Translations under genes and position numbers: made by a program | Notes under the pieces: model-generated | What the model was told of the DNA's origin: nothing | The model's database searches: none | The model's input: only the letters and a program-made list of their open reading frames with translations | Part shown: positions 49,498 to 58,553 of the stretch, piece by piece | How positions within the stretch are numbered: position 1 is the first letter of the stretch | Layout of the letters: each line of letters begins with the position of its first letter | Source: Terriglobia bacterium | GTDB lineage: Bacteria > Acidobacteriota > Terriglobia > 20CM-2-55-15 | Direction: 5' to 3' | Length of the DNA: 64,000 nt | Assembly (NCBI GenBank): GCA_965218585.1 | Contig: CBDCLE010000012.1 | Location: forward strand, 128,001-192,000

Positions 49498-50639
49498 TGA
49501 AGAAGGATTTGATGTCGATGTCCAAACGCGGTAGCTGGACTTTCGTCACGATCCTCGTTCTCCAATCCGTAGCTCTCGCCCAATGTCCCATTCCATCCAA
49601 CGGTGCCGTATTTGTAAGAATCCCTGTGGGAAATATCGTTGTGGACACGTCGGGTAGCGAAATCGTCTCAGCCCAGGTGTCGAATCCCGCCATAGAGGTC
49701 CAGGAAGCGTGTTTCGAAGATCACGTTGAGATCAGCGGTATTGCACCGGAGCGTGTATATGGTCCGGTCGATTGGGAAATTCAGGTCCCCAGTTCTGCGC
49801 GACTAGATCTGGTCACGCATGCAGGTTCGATTCGAATTGCCAACACAGACGGTAGCGTTACAGCCCGGACAACGGGCGGATCTGTAATCGTCGGAGATAT
49901 CGGCGGCGATGCGGCAATGGTCACCCAGGGCGGATCCATTCTTGTGGGAAACATCGACGGCAACGCGGAACTGCGGAGCCTGGGTGGAGAAATCAGGATG
50001 GGGAACGTGACTGGTAACGCCGAACTCCAGACGATGGGCGGTCCTATTACGACAGGAACCGTATCGGGACAGGTTCGAGCCGAAACGGCAGGCGGAACGA
50101 TCAGCATTCAGGAAAGCCAGGGGGAACTGGTCGCCCTCACTCTGGCGGGTGACATTCTGATTGGCACAGCCGGACGCACAACGGTTCAGACAGCCGGTGG
50201 CAATATCATCGGGCTGGTGATCCGCGGACCGTTCCAGGGTTCGACAGATATAGGAAATATCCGCCTCGAAAGAGCCGAGTCTTCGATCGAAGCAAGAACG
50301 GGAATCGGAAACATCGAGGCCCAGCTCATACCGTTGTCGCTGGACGGGGACCTCCATGTCACGCTCGATACGAACTCCGGTAACATCCGGCTTGTGATCC
50401 CGGATAACCTGCCGGCCGATGTAGAAGCCCGGGTGGATAGTCGCGTCGGCAACGGGCAGAACATCCGTTCCAACTTTCCGTTGGAACGAGTCAGCTCCAG
50501 ACCTAACCTCCCTCCGTTTTTCCCACAGGCATTTACGGTTGCACCAATCCGCTCCGAGACGACGTTGAACGGTGGCGGCAACCGCATTCAGATCCATGCC
50601 ACACGGGGATCCATCGAAATCCTCCGCGCCCCCCGCTAA
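49494..50639 (+). CDS. DUF4097 beta-strand repeat protein
   Basis: Signal peptide and repeated TxGGxI units. Confidence 0.8.
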   Translation: MMKKDLMSMSKRGSWTFVTILVLQSVALAQCPIPSNGAVFVRIPVGNIVVDTSGSEIVSAQVSNPAIEVQEACFEDHVEISGIAPERVYGPVDWEIQVPSSARLDLVTHAGSIRIANTDGSVTARTTGGSVIVGDIGGDAAMVTQGGSILVGNIDGNAELRSLGGEIRMGNVTGNAELQTMGGPITTGTVSGQVRAETAGGTISIQESQGELVALTLAGDILIGTAGRTTVQTAGGNIIGLVIRGPFQGSTDIGNIRLERAESSIEARTGIGNIEAQLIPLSLDGDLHVTLDTNSGNIRLVIPDNLPADVEARVDSRVGNGQNIRSNFPLERVSSRPNLPPFFPQAFTVAPIRSETTLNGGGNRIQIHATRGSIEILRAPR

Positions 50640-50662
50640 GTTCCCTCAGCAAAGCTAAGAAT

Positions 50663-50800
50663 TTCAACGCAGAGGCGCAGAGACGCAGTGGATCTTAGGC
50701 TCTGTAGATTCCGCGTGTCCTAACATTTAGGGGTTCCCAATGAAGAACGAATGCAGACAGCATATTCTTCTTTCTCTGCGCCTCTGCGCCTCTGCGTTAA
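50663..50800. repeat. CGCAGAG-unit palindromic element
   Basis: TTCAACGCAGAGGCGCAGAGACGCAG, 85-bp spacer, CTCTGCGCCTCTGCGCCTCTGCGTTAA. Confidence 0.9.
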
Positions 50801-50814
50801 TGTCCTGTCTTCTC

Positions 50815-53535
50815 TTAGTTCTGTCCGCGGAGGACAACGATCTTGGCTAAAGATGGGCTGAGGTAGCGGATGGCCACGGAGCGGACCTGGTCACGGGTCA
50901 CTTCGCGGATCGCCTCACTGAAATCGGTCACACCGGTCATGCCTTCACCGGCGATGATCTCACGCGCGAGGGCAAGAGTTCGGCCACGACGGGTCTGGAG
51001 TCTTGTCTCGTGGATCCCCACCGAGTAATTGATTGCACGTTCCAGTTCTTCATCGGTTATTCCCTCTTCGACCAGGCGGGTCATTTCTTCTTCTAAGGAA
51101 GCACGGACCTGCTGCTCGTTCTCAGGTGAAAAAGCGGTGTAGGCAAAGAACGCACCTGAGCGGCTGAGGAAATTATCAAGAACACGAACGGTATAGGCCA
51201 ACCCTTGTTCCTCGCGGATCGTTTCGAACAGCCGTCCACCCAGACCCGATAAAACGTTTTCGATCACGATCAGGGGAAGATGATCCCTGTGGGATAACTG
51301 AGGTCCGATCGTGCCGAATACCAAAGCGCTTTGCCGTCGGTCGGCTGTTTCGACGCGCTCCTCTCTCTCCAGTGAAGGTGTGGGTACCGGCAAACGCGAG
51401 ATATTGCGCTCGAACAGATCCTCGTTGGTCAGCGTCTCGGCAATAGAGGCCACCAGGCCAGTTCCGTTGGTGTCACCAACGATGACGATCAACGGGACAA
51501 CTGTCCGTTGATGCAGGCGATGCCATGCGCCGAGATCGTCAGGCGTGATCTCTCCCAGGGACGACTCGGTCCCAACCGCGGGACGCGCGTAGGAATGGCC
51601 GTCGAACGCGGTCTCCATAAACAGCTGAACAGGGTACCGCAGAGTGTCTTCCCGGAGTCGGGAAATACGTGCCTCCTGCAGCACACGTTCCTGCCGAACC
51701 CGATCTTCTGGAAACGTAGGATCCTGCAACACCTCCATCAGAATCTCCAGCGCCTCATCGATCTGGCCACTCACTCCATCGAGGAGGTAACCGAAGAAAT
51801 CGGGCTCGTTGACTACCTCGATCCGGGCGCCGGCATTCTCGAGCCGACGTGAAATGTCTGCAGTGTTGTATCTGCGTGTACCACGGAGCGCACTCCGAAG
51901 CATCAGCTCCGTAATTCCAGCATTGCTGTCCGATTCGAAAAGGCGCCCCCCCGGAAAGAAGATCCCAAACGAAACCAGAGGCAATCGATGATCCTCAAGA
52001 ACGTAAACTTCGGGCCCCCTGAGAATCTGACGGCGCAGGGGTGGACGGACAAGGTCGAGCACGACTTCATCGTTGGACGAAGGAACCGTCGCGGAAACGG
52101 GAAGCTCCTCGACGCTTCTCTGAACGATGTCAACAGGAACCCTGTCGAGGACGTTCGCGCTGAAATCGTCATTTGAAAAAGACCGCGCTACAGAAGTCGG
52201 AAGGTACTCAAACACGCTCAGGTTGGTCCGCGTCAGGTACCGCCGTGCGACCCTCTGAACGTCGTCCGCGCTGACAGCTCCGATGCCGTCCAGATACCGA
52301 TCCATCCGTCTCCAGTCGCCGAGCACTTCCTGTCGGGCCATTTCGTCGGCAAGAGATTCGACGGTCTCCAGCCTGTGGTAGTACTGCTGGGCGATCAAGG
52401 TCTTGGCCCGCATCAACTCCTCTTCGAGAACTCCAAATCGCTGGATCCGATCGAACTCCTCGAGCGCGGCGACCTGGGCATCCAGGGGCGTGGATGTTTC
52501 CAACGTCAACTGGAAGTAGCCGAGCCCTTCGAAGCCGACAAAGCCGGACCCCGCACTATGGATCACTCCGAGTTCGTCACGCAGAAACTGGTTCATTCGG
52601 GACGCGCGTCCCGCGGTCAGGATGCCTGAAAGAACGTCCAACACGTACGCGTCGTCAGAGAGTCGGTCCGGAACGTGGAATCCCAGCGCAACCTGAGAAC
52701 GCTCTATCGGTCCACGTTCCCAGTTGTATCGGAATGCAGATTGTGAAGGTTCCTCCGGCCCACGATCACGCTCTACGGGCATGTCGGGCGCGGATCCATA
52801 AAACCGGACAATCTCCTCGAGAATGTCCTCACGATCGAACTGCCCGACGACTGCAAGGACGATGTTGGACGGCTGATAGTAGCTCTGGTAGAAACCGAGG
52901 AGGTCGTCCCGGGTCAGGGCACGGAGTCCTTCCGGAGAACCGATCCTCCAGCGGCGCATACGGTGTTCTTCAAATGCTGTCGCGTACAACCGCTCCACAG
53001 CTACGGCTGGAGGGTTGTCCAGCTTCCGGTTGTTCTCCTGGAGGATGACTTCGATCTCCCGTCGAAGTGCTCCTGAATTGAAAATGGGATTAAAGAGCGC
53101 GTCGGACTGGATGTCCATTGCCTGCACTGAGTTTTCAGCCGGAACAACCGCGTGATACACCGTGCGTTCGTAGTTGGTGTAAGCATTCAGCGATCCGCCC
53201 AGTGCCTTCGTCTCTGCTGCGATCTGCCCGACACCGCGCCTTTCGGTGCCTTTAAAAAACATGTGTTCGACAACATGGGCGATCCCCGAAAGACCGTCGG
53301 GTTCGTCAAAGTAGCCTACCCTGACGTGAGTCGTAATCGTTGTCAGAGGAATGGCGTTGTTCTCTCGAACGAGAACGGTCAGCCCGTTCTTGAGTATGAC
53401 TTTGGTCGACTGTCCGGAATCTTCTCTCAGAATAAATGGCCCCACAATTTCTCCCCCCACGTTCACATCAGCATCCGGGTCGGGTAATTGAGGAATAGGG
53501 ATGATCTGAAGGAAAAGAAGGAAAAACAGCGACAT
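50815..53535 (-). CDS. M16-family zinc peptidase (fused, four-domain)
   Basis: GIAHVVEHMFFKG (HxxEH), NAYT and RLFETIREEQGLAY motifs. Confidence 0.92.
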   Translation of the reverse strand: MSLFFLLFLQIIPIPQLPDPDADVNVGGEIVGPFILREDSGQSTKVILKNGLTVLVRENNAIPLTTITTHVRVGYFDEPDGLSGIAHVVEHMFFKGTERRGVGQIAAETKALGGSLNAYTNYERTVYHAVVPAENSVQAMDIQSDALFNPIFNSGALRREIEVILQENNRKLDNPPAVAVERLYATAFEEHRMRRWRIGSPEGLRALTRDDLLGFYQSYYQPSNIVLAVVGQFDREDILEEIVRFYGSAPDMPVERDRGPEEPSQSAFRYNWERGPIERSQVALGFHVPDRLSDDAYVLDVLSGILTAGRASRMNQFLRDELGVIHSAGSGFVGFEGLGYFQLTLETSTPLDAQVAALEEFDRIQRFGVLEEELMRAKTLIAQQYYHRLETVESLADEMARQEVLGDWRRMDRYLDGIGAVSADDVQRVARRYLTRTNLSVFEYLPTSVARSFSNDDFSANVLDRVPVDIVQRSVEELPVSATVPSSNDEVVLDLVRPPLRRQILRGPEVYVLEDHRLPLVSFGIFFPGGRLFESDSNAGITELMLRSALRGTRRYNTADISRRLENAGARIEVVNEPDFFGYLLDGVSGQIDEALEILMEVLQDPTFPEDRVRQERVLQEARISRLREDTLRYPVQLFMETAFDGHSYARPAVGTESSLGEITPDDLGAWHRLHQRTVVPLIVIVGDTNGTGLVASIAETLTNEDLFERNISRLPVPTPSLEREERVETADRRQSALVFGTIGPQLSHRDHLPLIVIENVLSGLGGRLFETIREEQGLAYTVRVLDNFLSRSGAFFAYTAFSPENEQQVRASLEEEMTRLVEEGITDEELERAINYSVGIHETRLQTRRGRTLALAREIIAGEGMTGVTDFSEAIREVTRDQVRSVAIRYLSPSLAKIVVLRGQN

Positions 53536-53590
53536 GCCAATATTTTACCTTACAGCTTCACGAATGGGAGCGTAACCGGAAACCAAAGGA

Positions 53591-53675
53591 TCAACCGCAA
53601 AGGCGCTAAGGCGCAAAGCTTTATATAGGCCGCACTTGCTATCTTCCCTTCGCGTCTTCGCGTCTTTGCGGTTCA
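53591..53675. repeat. CGCAAAG-unit palindromic element overlapping the tsaE 3' end
   Basis: TCAACCGCAAAGGCGCTAAGGCGCAAAG, 29-bp spacer, CTTCGCGTCTTCGCGTCTTTGCGGTTCA. Confidence 0.88.
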
Positions 53676-54103
53676 TCTTCTGCCGATCTGACCTCAATCT
53701 GACGGGTGTGTTCGTCGACATAGGTAAGTGAAATGTGTGTGGCTTGAGGTGGGGTGAAATCACCCAGGCGGTCGGCCCATTCGACCACGGCCACGGCTGC
53801 AGCGTCCTCCAGAATCTCGTCCAATCCAAGGTCGTACAGGTCCCGGGAGGCGACGCGATAGAGATCGATGTGATAGATGGGAACCCTCCCATGATAACGA
53901 TTGACCAGGGTAAAGGTCGGGCTTGAGACCTCATCGACGTCGTCCAAACCAAACCCAGCTGCCAATCCCTTCGTGAAGGTCGTCTTCCCTGCACCGAGTT
54001 CGCCAAACAACAGAACGTGTGAGGGCACGTCAAGAGATTCGGCCAACTTCCGTGCAAACTCGAACGTCTGGCCTTCCGACTGTGAGAGGAAATTTGATCC
54101 CAT
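53639..54103 (-). CDS. tsaE: tRNA threonylcarbamoyladenosine biosynthesis ATPase
   Basis: GELGAGKTT, VSSPTF, HIDLYR and VEWA motifs. Confidence 0.95.
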   Translation of the reverse strand: MGSNFLSQSEGQTFEFARKLAESLDVPSHVLLFGELGAGKTTFTKGLAAGFGLDDVDEVSSPTFTLVNRYHGRVPIYHIDLYRVASRDLYDLGLDEILEDAAAVAVVEWADRLGDFTPPQATHISLTYVDEHTRQIEVRSAEDEPQRREDAKGR

Positions 54104-54111
54104 AAAATTTA

Positions 54112-54258
54112 TTGACCGCAAAGGCTCGAAGTCGCAAAGGAAGAAAAACGAAAGTAGGTAAAATACGTCTAGGTCGACCAGACTTGGCCGGGCTAGAAAA
54201 ACAAACAGCAGCCTGGGTTTTCTTCTTAGTCTTTGCGCCTTTGCGCCTTCGCGGTAAA
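54112..54258. repeat. CGCAAAG-unit palindromic element
   Basis: TTGACCGCAAAGGCTCGAAGTCGCAAAGG, 90-bp spacer, CTTTGCGCCTTTGCGCCTTCGCGGTAAA. Confidence 0.88.
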
Positions 54259-54263
54259 AACTC

Positions 54264-55829
54264 TTACTCCCCGCGGAGTTCGGCCCATGCCTCGGACAGG
54301 AATTCGATCAGGTCGGTCGCGACAAGAGTCTCCTCGCCGAGTTCCGACACAGCGACGTCTCCAGCCAACCCGTGGAGATAAACCGCCAGGCACAAACGCT
54401 CTTCAAACGTACCCAGATGAGGCTGCCCCAAGATACCTGCGATCATGCCGGTCAGGACATCACCGCTGCCTGCCGTCGCCATGCCTGGGTTTCCCGTTGA
54501 ATTTACGTAAACCCTTCCATCCGGACAGGCGATCACGGTCCGGAAGCCTTTCAAGACGACGTAAACGTTCTGCTGTTTTGCAAACTCGCCGGCAACTGAC
54601 AAACGGTTTCTCGACACGTCAGCAGTCGAGCGATCCAGGAGTCGGGCCATCTCACCTGGATGAGGCGTGATGACGATCGGATTATCTACTCCGTGCAATT
54701 TGTCGACACGACCCACGAAGGCGTTCAATCCGTCTGCGTCCAGAACCAGCGGCACCTCGACCCGGCTGACGACTTCACCGATCAACTCGTCCGTCTCCGG
54801 ATGGCGTCCGATGCCCGGACCCAGGGCAACCAGAGACTTATCTTCGATCAGTTCTTCGATTCGGCCGTCGTTCAGTGCCGAAAGCGTTCCTGTGTCCGTT
54901 TCGGGAAGCGGTTCAGTCATGATCTCGGGCATGTACCCGGCAACGATCCCCAACACACTTTCGGGCACACCCACTGTGACCAGACCCGCACCGGCTACCA
55001 GTGCAGCATGTCCGGCCATCGCAGCCGCGCCGGTCTTTCCACGTGAGCCCCCGATGATCAGGATCTTCCCGTAGTCGCCCTTGTGCGAGTCTTCTTCACG
55101 ACTCCAGAGCGCCTCGGGAAAACTGTCGTCCAGCAGCAGTTCAACCTTGTGTGCGTCGGATTCCAGCAGTTCATGGGGATTGCCGATATCGGCGATGACA
55201 ACTTCACCTGCCGCCTGATTGGCGGGCGGGAAAACAAGACAGAACTTGGCTGCGGATAGAGTGACCGTGAGATCAGCCTGCACGACCGGTCCTTCCAGGT
55301 CCCCGGCGTCGGCCCCGCAGCCTGAAGGCACATCGATCGACACGACCATCGCCTGTGGGAAATCTTCGTCCAACGACTGAACTACCTCTCCCAGAAAACC
55401 CTCGACCGGTTTGGAAAGCCCCGTTCCGAGCAGCCCGTCCACAACGATCTCCACGTCGCCAAGCGCAAGCCTTTCGCGATCCCAATCCTCGCGATTTCTG
55501 ATGACGACGGGTGGATGTCCGATGGACGTCAGAATATCCAGGTTCACCCGCGCGTCGCCGCCGACAGCATCGGTTTCTGCAAATAAGAACACCGAGGGAA
55601 AGCAATCCCGCCCGATCAACTGCCGGGCGACTACGAAGCCGTCTCCGCCGTTATTTCCCTTCCCGCAGAGTATGACAACCGAACTGGTATCGAGGTCTTC
55701 GACACGCGCACCCATCGCCTCGACCACACGCATCCCGGCGTTTTCCATGAGCGTGATGCTCGGAATGTTAAAGGCCTTACTGGACGTACGGTCAACCTGG
55801 CGGATTTCTTCTGCGGTGAGGATCTTCAT
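54264..55829 (-). CDS. nnr: Bifunctional NAD(P)HX epimerase/dehydratase
   Basis: LMENAG, GKGNNGGDG, HKGDYG, LDADGL, TPHPGE and GSGDVL motifs. Confidence 0.95.
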   Translation of the reverse strand: MKILTAEEIRQVDRTSSKAFNIPSITLMENAGMRVVEAMGARVEDLDTSSVVILCGKGNNGGDGFVVARQLIGRDCFPSVFLFAETDAVGGDARVNLDILTSIGHPPVVIRNREDWDRERLALGDVEIVVDGLLGTGLSKPVEGFLGEVVQSLDEDFPQAMVVSIDVPSGCGADAGDLEGPVVQADLTVTLSAAKFCLVFPPANQAAGEVVIADIGNPHELLESDAHKVELLLDDSFPEALWSREEDSHKGDYGKILIIGGSRGKTGAAAMAGHAALVAGAGLVTVGVPESVLGIVAGYMPEIMTEPLPETDTGTLSALNDGRIEELIEDKSLVALGPGIGRHPETDELIGEVVSRVEVPLVLDADGLNAFVGRVDKLHGVDNPIVITPHPGEMARLLDRSTADVSRNRLSVAGEFAKQQNVYVVLKGFRTVIACPDGRVYVNSTGNPGMATAGSGDVLTGMIAGILGQPHLGTFEERLCLAVYLHGLAGDVAVSELGEETLVATDLIEFLSEAWAELRGE

Positions 55830-55846
55830 GGGAAGGAGGGAAAGGG

Positions 55847-55931
55847 AAATGGGGTCAGAGTCCTATTTCCTTATTTAACAGATGAAATACCTGTAACGCA
55901 AAATTGGGGAAATAGGGCTCTGACCCCATTT
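55847..55931. repeat. 24-bp inverted repeat element (GGGGTCAGA type)
   Basis: AAATGGGGTCAGAGTCCTATTTCC, 37-bp spacer, GGAAATAGGGCTCTGACCCCATTT (23/24 match). Confidence 0.85.
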
Positions 55932-55933
55932 AA

Positions 55934-56488
55934 TCAGTCGCCGCTAACGACCTCGGCCATCTCACCCAGTAACGCCTCGACGGGTATCAATCCGCCGGTT
56001 ACGTTCTTCCAGATCAGCGTGCCTTCCTCGTCGATGAGGAAGTAGTAACGGCTGGCCACGGGAATGTCTCCCCCGGTCGACGCGCCATAACGATCGACGA
56101 CTTCGAGGCCGGGATCACTCAGGAAATAATTCCGGGCGCTTACGGTCTCTGCGAATCGCTGCTGTGCCGGCTGGAGATCTCTGGAAATGCCAACGATCTC
56201 GATACCTAAACTCAGGAACTCGTCGTAATTAACACCGAACTCGGTGAATTCTCGCGTTCAGCCGCCAGTAAATGCGGCCGGGAAAAACGCGATCAAAACC
56301 TTGCTCTGACCTCGGAAATTCGCGAGTCCCAGCGTTTCGTCTCCACGCAGTCCCACCGGGCGTTCGAAGTCTGGTGCAGGCTCTCCCACCTCGGGCGTGT
56401 TATCCCCTCCAGGCGCCTGCAACTGTCCAAAAGCCAACGCACCGGAGAACACCATCAAGACGGGTAGAAGTAAGGCAACCTTCATCAT
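55934..56488 (-). CDS. Selenocysteine-containing peroxiredoxin-like (AhpC/TSA) protein, exported
   Basis: FFPAAFTGG-UGA-TREF places UGA at the peroxidatic Cys position. The frame stays open for 107 more codons with GISRD, LSD and FLIDEEG motifs. A hairpin follows the UGA. Confidence 0.85.
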
Positions 56489-56699
56489 CAGTCGTCCTCC
56501 TCTATGATCGTAGTGCCGCGTCTTCTCCGGTCTCCCGGTCGAATCCGTGCACGTAACTCACATCAGATACCGAACCATCATATGCTAAGATTTGCGCTTT
56601 ACGCAACAAGACTGAATCTGACCTAAAGTATAGTTTTTTTCAAGCGTTAACCAAGCTGTCGGCGAATATCGACCTTCGCACCGCTCCACCGAACGCGAA

Positions 56700-57914
56700 A
56701 TGCCTCTTTCACACGTCAAGGCGCTGGAAGAACAGAGCCTGCTTCAGACCTACAACCGGTACGATCTGCTGGTAGACCGGGGCAGCGGCCCTTACCTGTT
56801 TGACAAGAGCAACAGACGTTATCTCGACCTTCTGGCAGGGATCGGCGTCAATGCCCTGGGATACAACCATCCTCGAATGCTCCGCGTCCTCCGAAAACAG
56901 ATCAAGCAGCCCCTGCACATTTCAAACCTGCTGTACCACGAACATCAGGGCCGCCTCGCCCAGCGACTGACCGAACTCTCCGGCCTCGATCGGGTCTTCT
57001 TTTCCAATAGTGGAACCGAGGCGGTGGAGGGTTGCCTGAAACTGGCCCGTGCTTATGCGAACTCCAGGGAAGGAGCCGGTCCGGGCAACCGCGTACTTGC
57101 CCTCGAGGGCTCCTTTCACGGACGGTCTCTGGGAGCACTATCGGCCACACACTCGAGTCGATACCGGACTCCTTTCGAACCCCTGCTCACTGGCTTCGAG
57201 TTCGTCCGGTTCGACGACATCGAAGATCTGGACCACCGTTTCTCAGATGACGTATGCGCTGTAATCCTGGAAGCAATTCAGGGAGAAGGCGGCATCCGTC
57301 CGATATCGGAAGAGTTCTATCGTCGGGCGCGAGCACTCACAGAAGACGCCAAAGCCGTCCTCATCTGTGACGAAGTCCAATGCGGCCTGGGACGTTCAGG
57401 GCGCTGGCTCGCACATCACAAGTTTGCCCCGCCCGACAGACCCGATTCCCTGCCCGATCTGGTCGCACTCGCGAAACCGCTGGGCGGTGGGCTTCCGCTC
57501 GGCGCAGTCTTGATGAAAGAAGAACTCGCCAGAGCAATCGAACCGGGTCTCCACGGATCGACCTTCGGAGGGGGACCTTTAGCATGCAAGCTGAGCCTGG
57601 AAATGCTGAAGATTTTTGAGGAAGAAAATCTTCTCGGGCATGTCCAGGAAGTCGGTGCCTACTTCCTCGAGCAACTTAAAGAACTCGAAAGCCTGCCGGT
57701 GGTCGAGGAAGTTCGGGGCGAAGGCCTTATGTTGGCCGTCGCACTGAAAATACAGGCCAAAGAGCTCGTGAAGCAGTTGCTCGACGCCGGCTTCATAACA
57801 AACGCGACGAGCGGGAACGTCCTCCGCCTTCTGCCTCCCCTGATTATCCGGAAGAAACAGATCGACAAGTTCATCAAAGCCCTCCGCCCCCTTCTGGAAA
57901 CATTGGATGCCTGA
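56700..57914 (+). CDS. argD: Acetylornithine aminotransferase
   Basis: AGIGVNALG, NSGTEAVE, SFHGRS, IQGEGG, DEVQCG, AKPLGGG and HGSTFGG motifs. Confidence 0.9.
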   Translation: MPLSHVKALEEQSLLQTYNRYDLLVDRGSGPYLFDKSNRRYLDLLAGIGVNALGYNHPRMLRVLRKQIKQPLHISNLLYHEHQGRLAQRLTELSGLDRVFFSNSGTEAVEGCLKLARAYANSREGAGPGNRVLALEGSFHGRSLGALSATHSSRYRTPFEPLLTGFEFVRFDDIEDLDHRFSDDVCAVILEAIQGEGGIRPISEEFYRRARALTEDAKAVLICDEVQCGLGRSGRWLAHHKFAPPDRPDSLPDLVALAKPLGGGLPLGAVLMKEELARAIEPGLHGSTFGGGPLACKLSLEMLKIFEEENLLGHVQEVGAYFLEQLKELESLPVVEEVRGEGLMLAVALKIQAKELVKQLLDAGFITNATSGNVLRLLPPLIIRKKQIDKFIKALRPLLETLDA

Positions 57915-57932
57915 ATAAGAACCAGGAACTTT

Positions 57933-58016
57933 TTCAACGCAGAGACGCAGAGGACGCAGAGAATTGTTTCCGAAAGATAGCCAAAAAACTTCTGCCTCTC
58001 AGCGTCTCTGCTTTGA
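57933..58016. repeat. CGCAGAG-unit palindromic element
   Basis: TTCAACGCAGAGACGCAGAGGACGCAGAGA, 28-bp spacer, degenerate TCTGCCTCTCAGCGTCTCTGCTTTGA. Confidence 0.82.
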
Positions 58017-58027
58017 TTCTTAGATCT

Positions 58028-58540
58028 ATGAAAATTCTGGAACAGAAGATTGAGTTTGAAGGTCGCCGGATAGCCGTGCGGCGGGATCGGATCGTGGACC
58101 ATGCGGGTCGGGAGACGACGCGTGAAGTCGTTGTTCATCCGGGTGCAGTCTCCATCGTGGCGATGGCCTCCCCGGACGAGGTGATCCTGATCAGACAGTA
58201 TCGGCATCCTACCGGCGAGGAACTCATCGAGATTCCCGCAGGAACACTCGAAGAGGGCGAAGACCCCATCGACACGGCCCGTCGCGAACTCGAGGAAGAG
58301 ACCGGGTACCGGTCAGCACGAATCGAACTTCGAGCAACGTACTACACGACTCCCGGTTTCAGCGACGAATTGATGTACCTCTACGAAGCCAGCGACCTAA
58401 CTCTAGCCCAACAAAACCTGGACGAGGATGAAACGATCGAAGTTGTCCTGACCCACCGTGAAGAAGCCCTCAGGATGATCCGGGAAGGACGCATCCGGGA
58501 CGCCAAGACCCTAATTGGCTTGCTGACTCTGCTCAACTGA
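58028..58540 (+). CDS. NUDIX hydrolase (ADP-ribose pyrophosphatase-like)
   Basis: HPGAV, QYR, nudix box AGTLEEGE...ARRELEEETG and DAKT motifs. Confidence 0.9.
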   Translation: MKILEQKIEFEGRRIAVRRDRIVDHAGRETTREVVVHPGAVSIVAMASPDEVILIRQYRHPTGEELIEIPAGTLEEGEDPIDTARRELEEETGYRSARIELRATYYTTPGFSDELMYLYEASDLTLAQQNLDEDETIEVVLTHREEALRMIREGRIRDAKTLIGLLTLLN

Positions 58541-58553
58541 TGGCCAGTTTCCT

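Noticed and set aside
45644-58016. Palindromic elements as ordinary Rho-independent terminators
   Set aside because: The loops are long and variable, U-tracts are inconsistent, the arms are periodic, and many sit inside co-directional operons. A secondary terminator role is not excluded.
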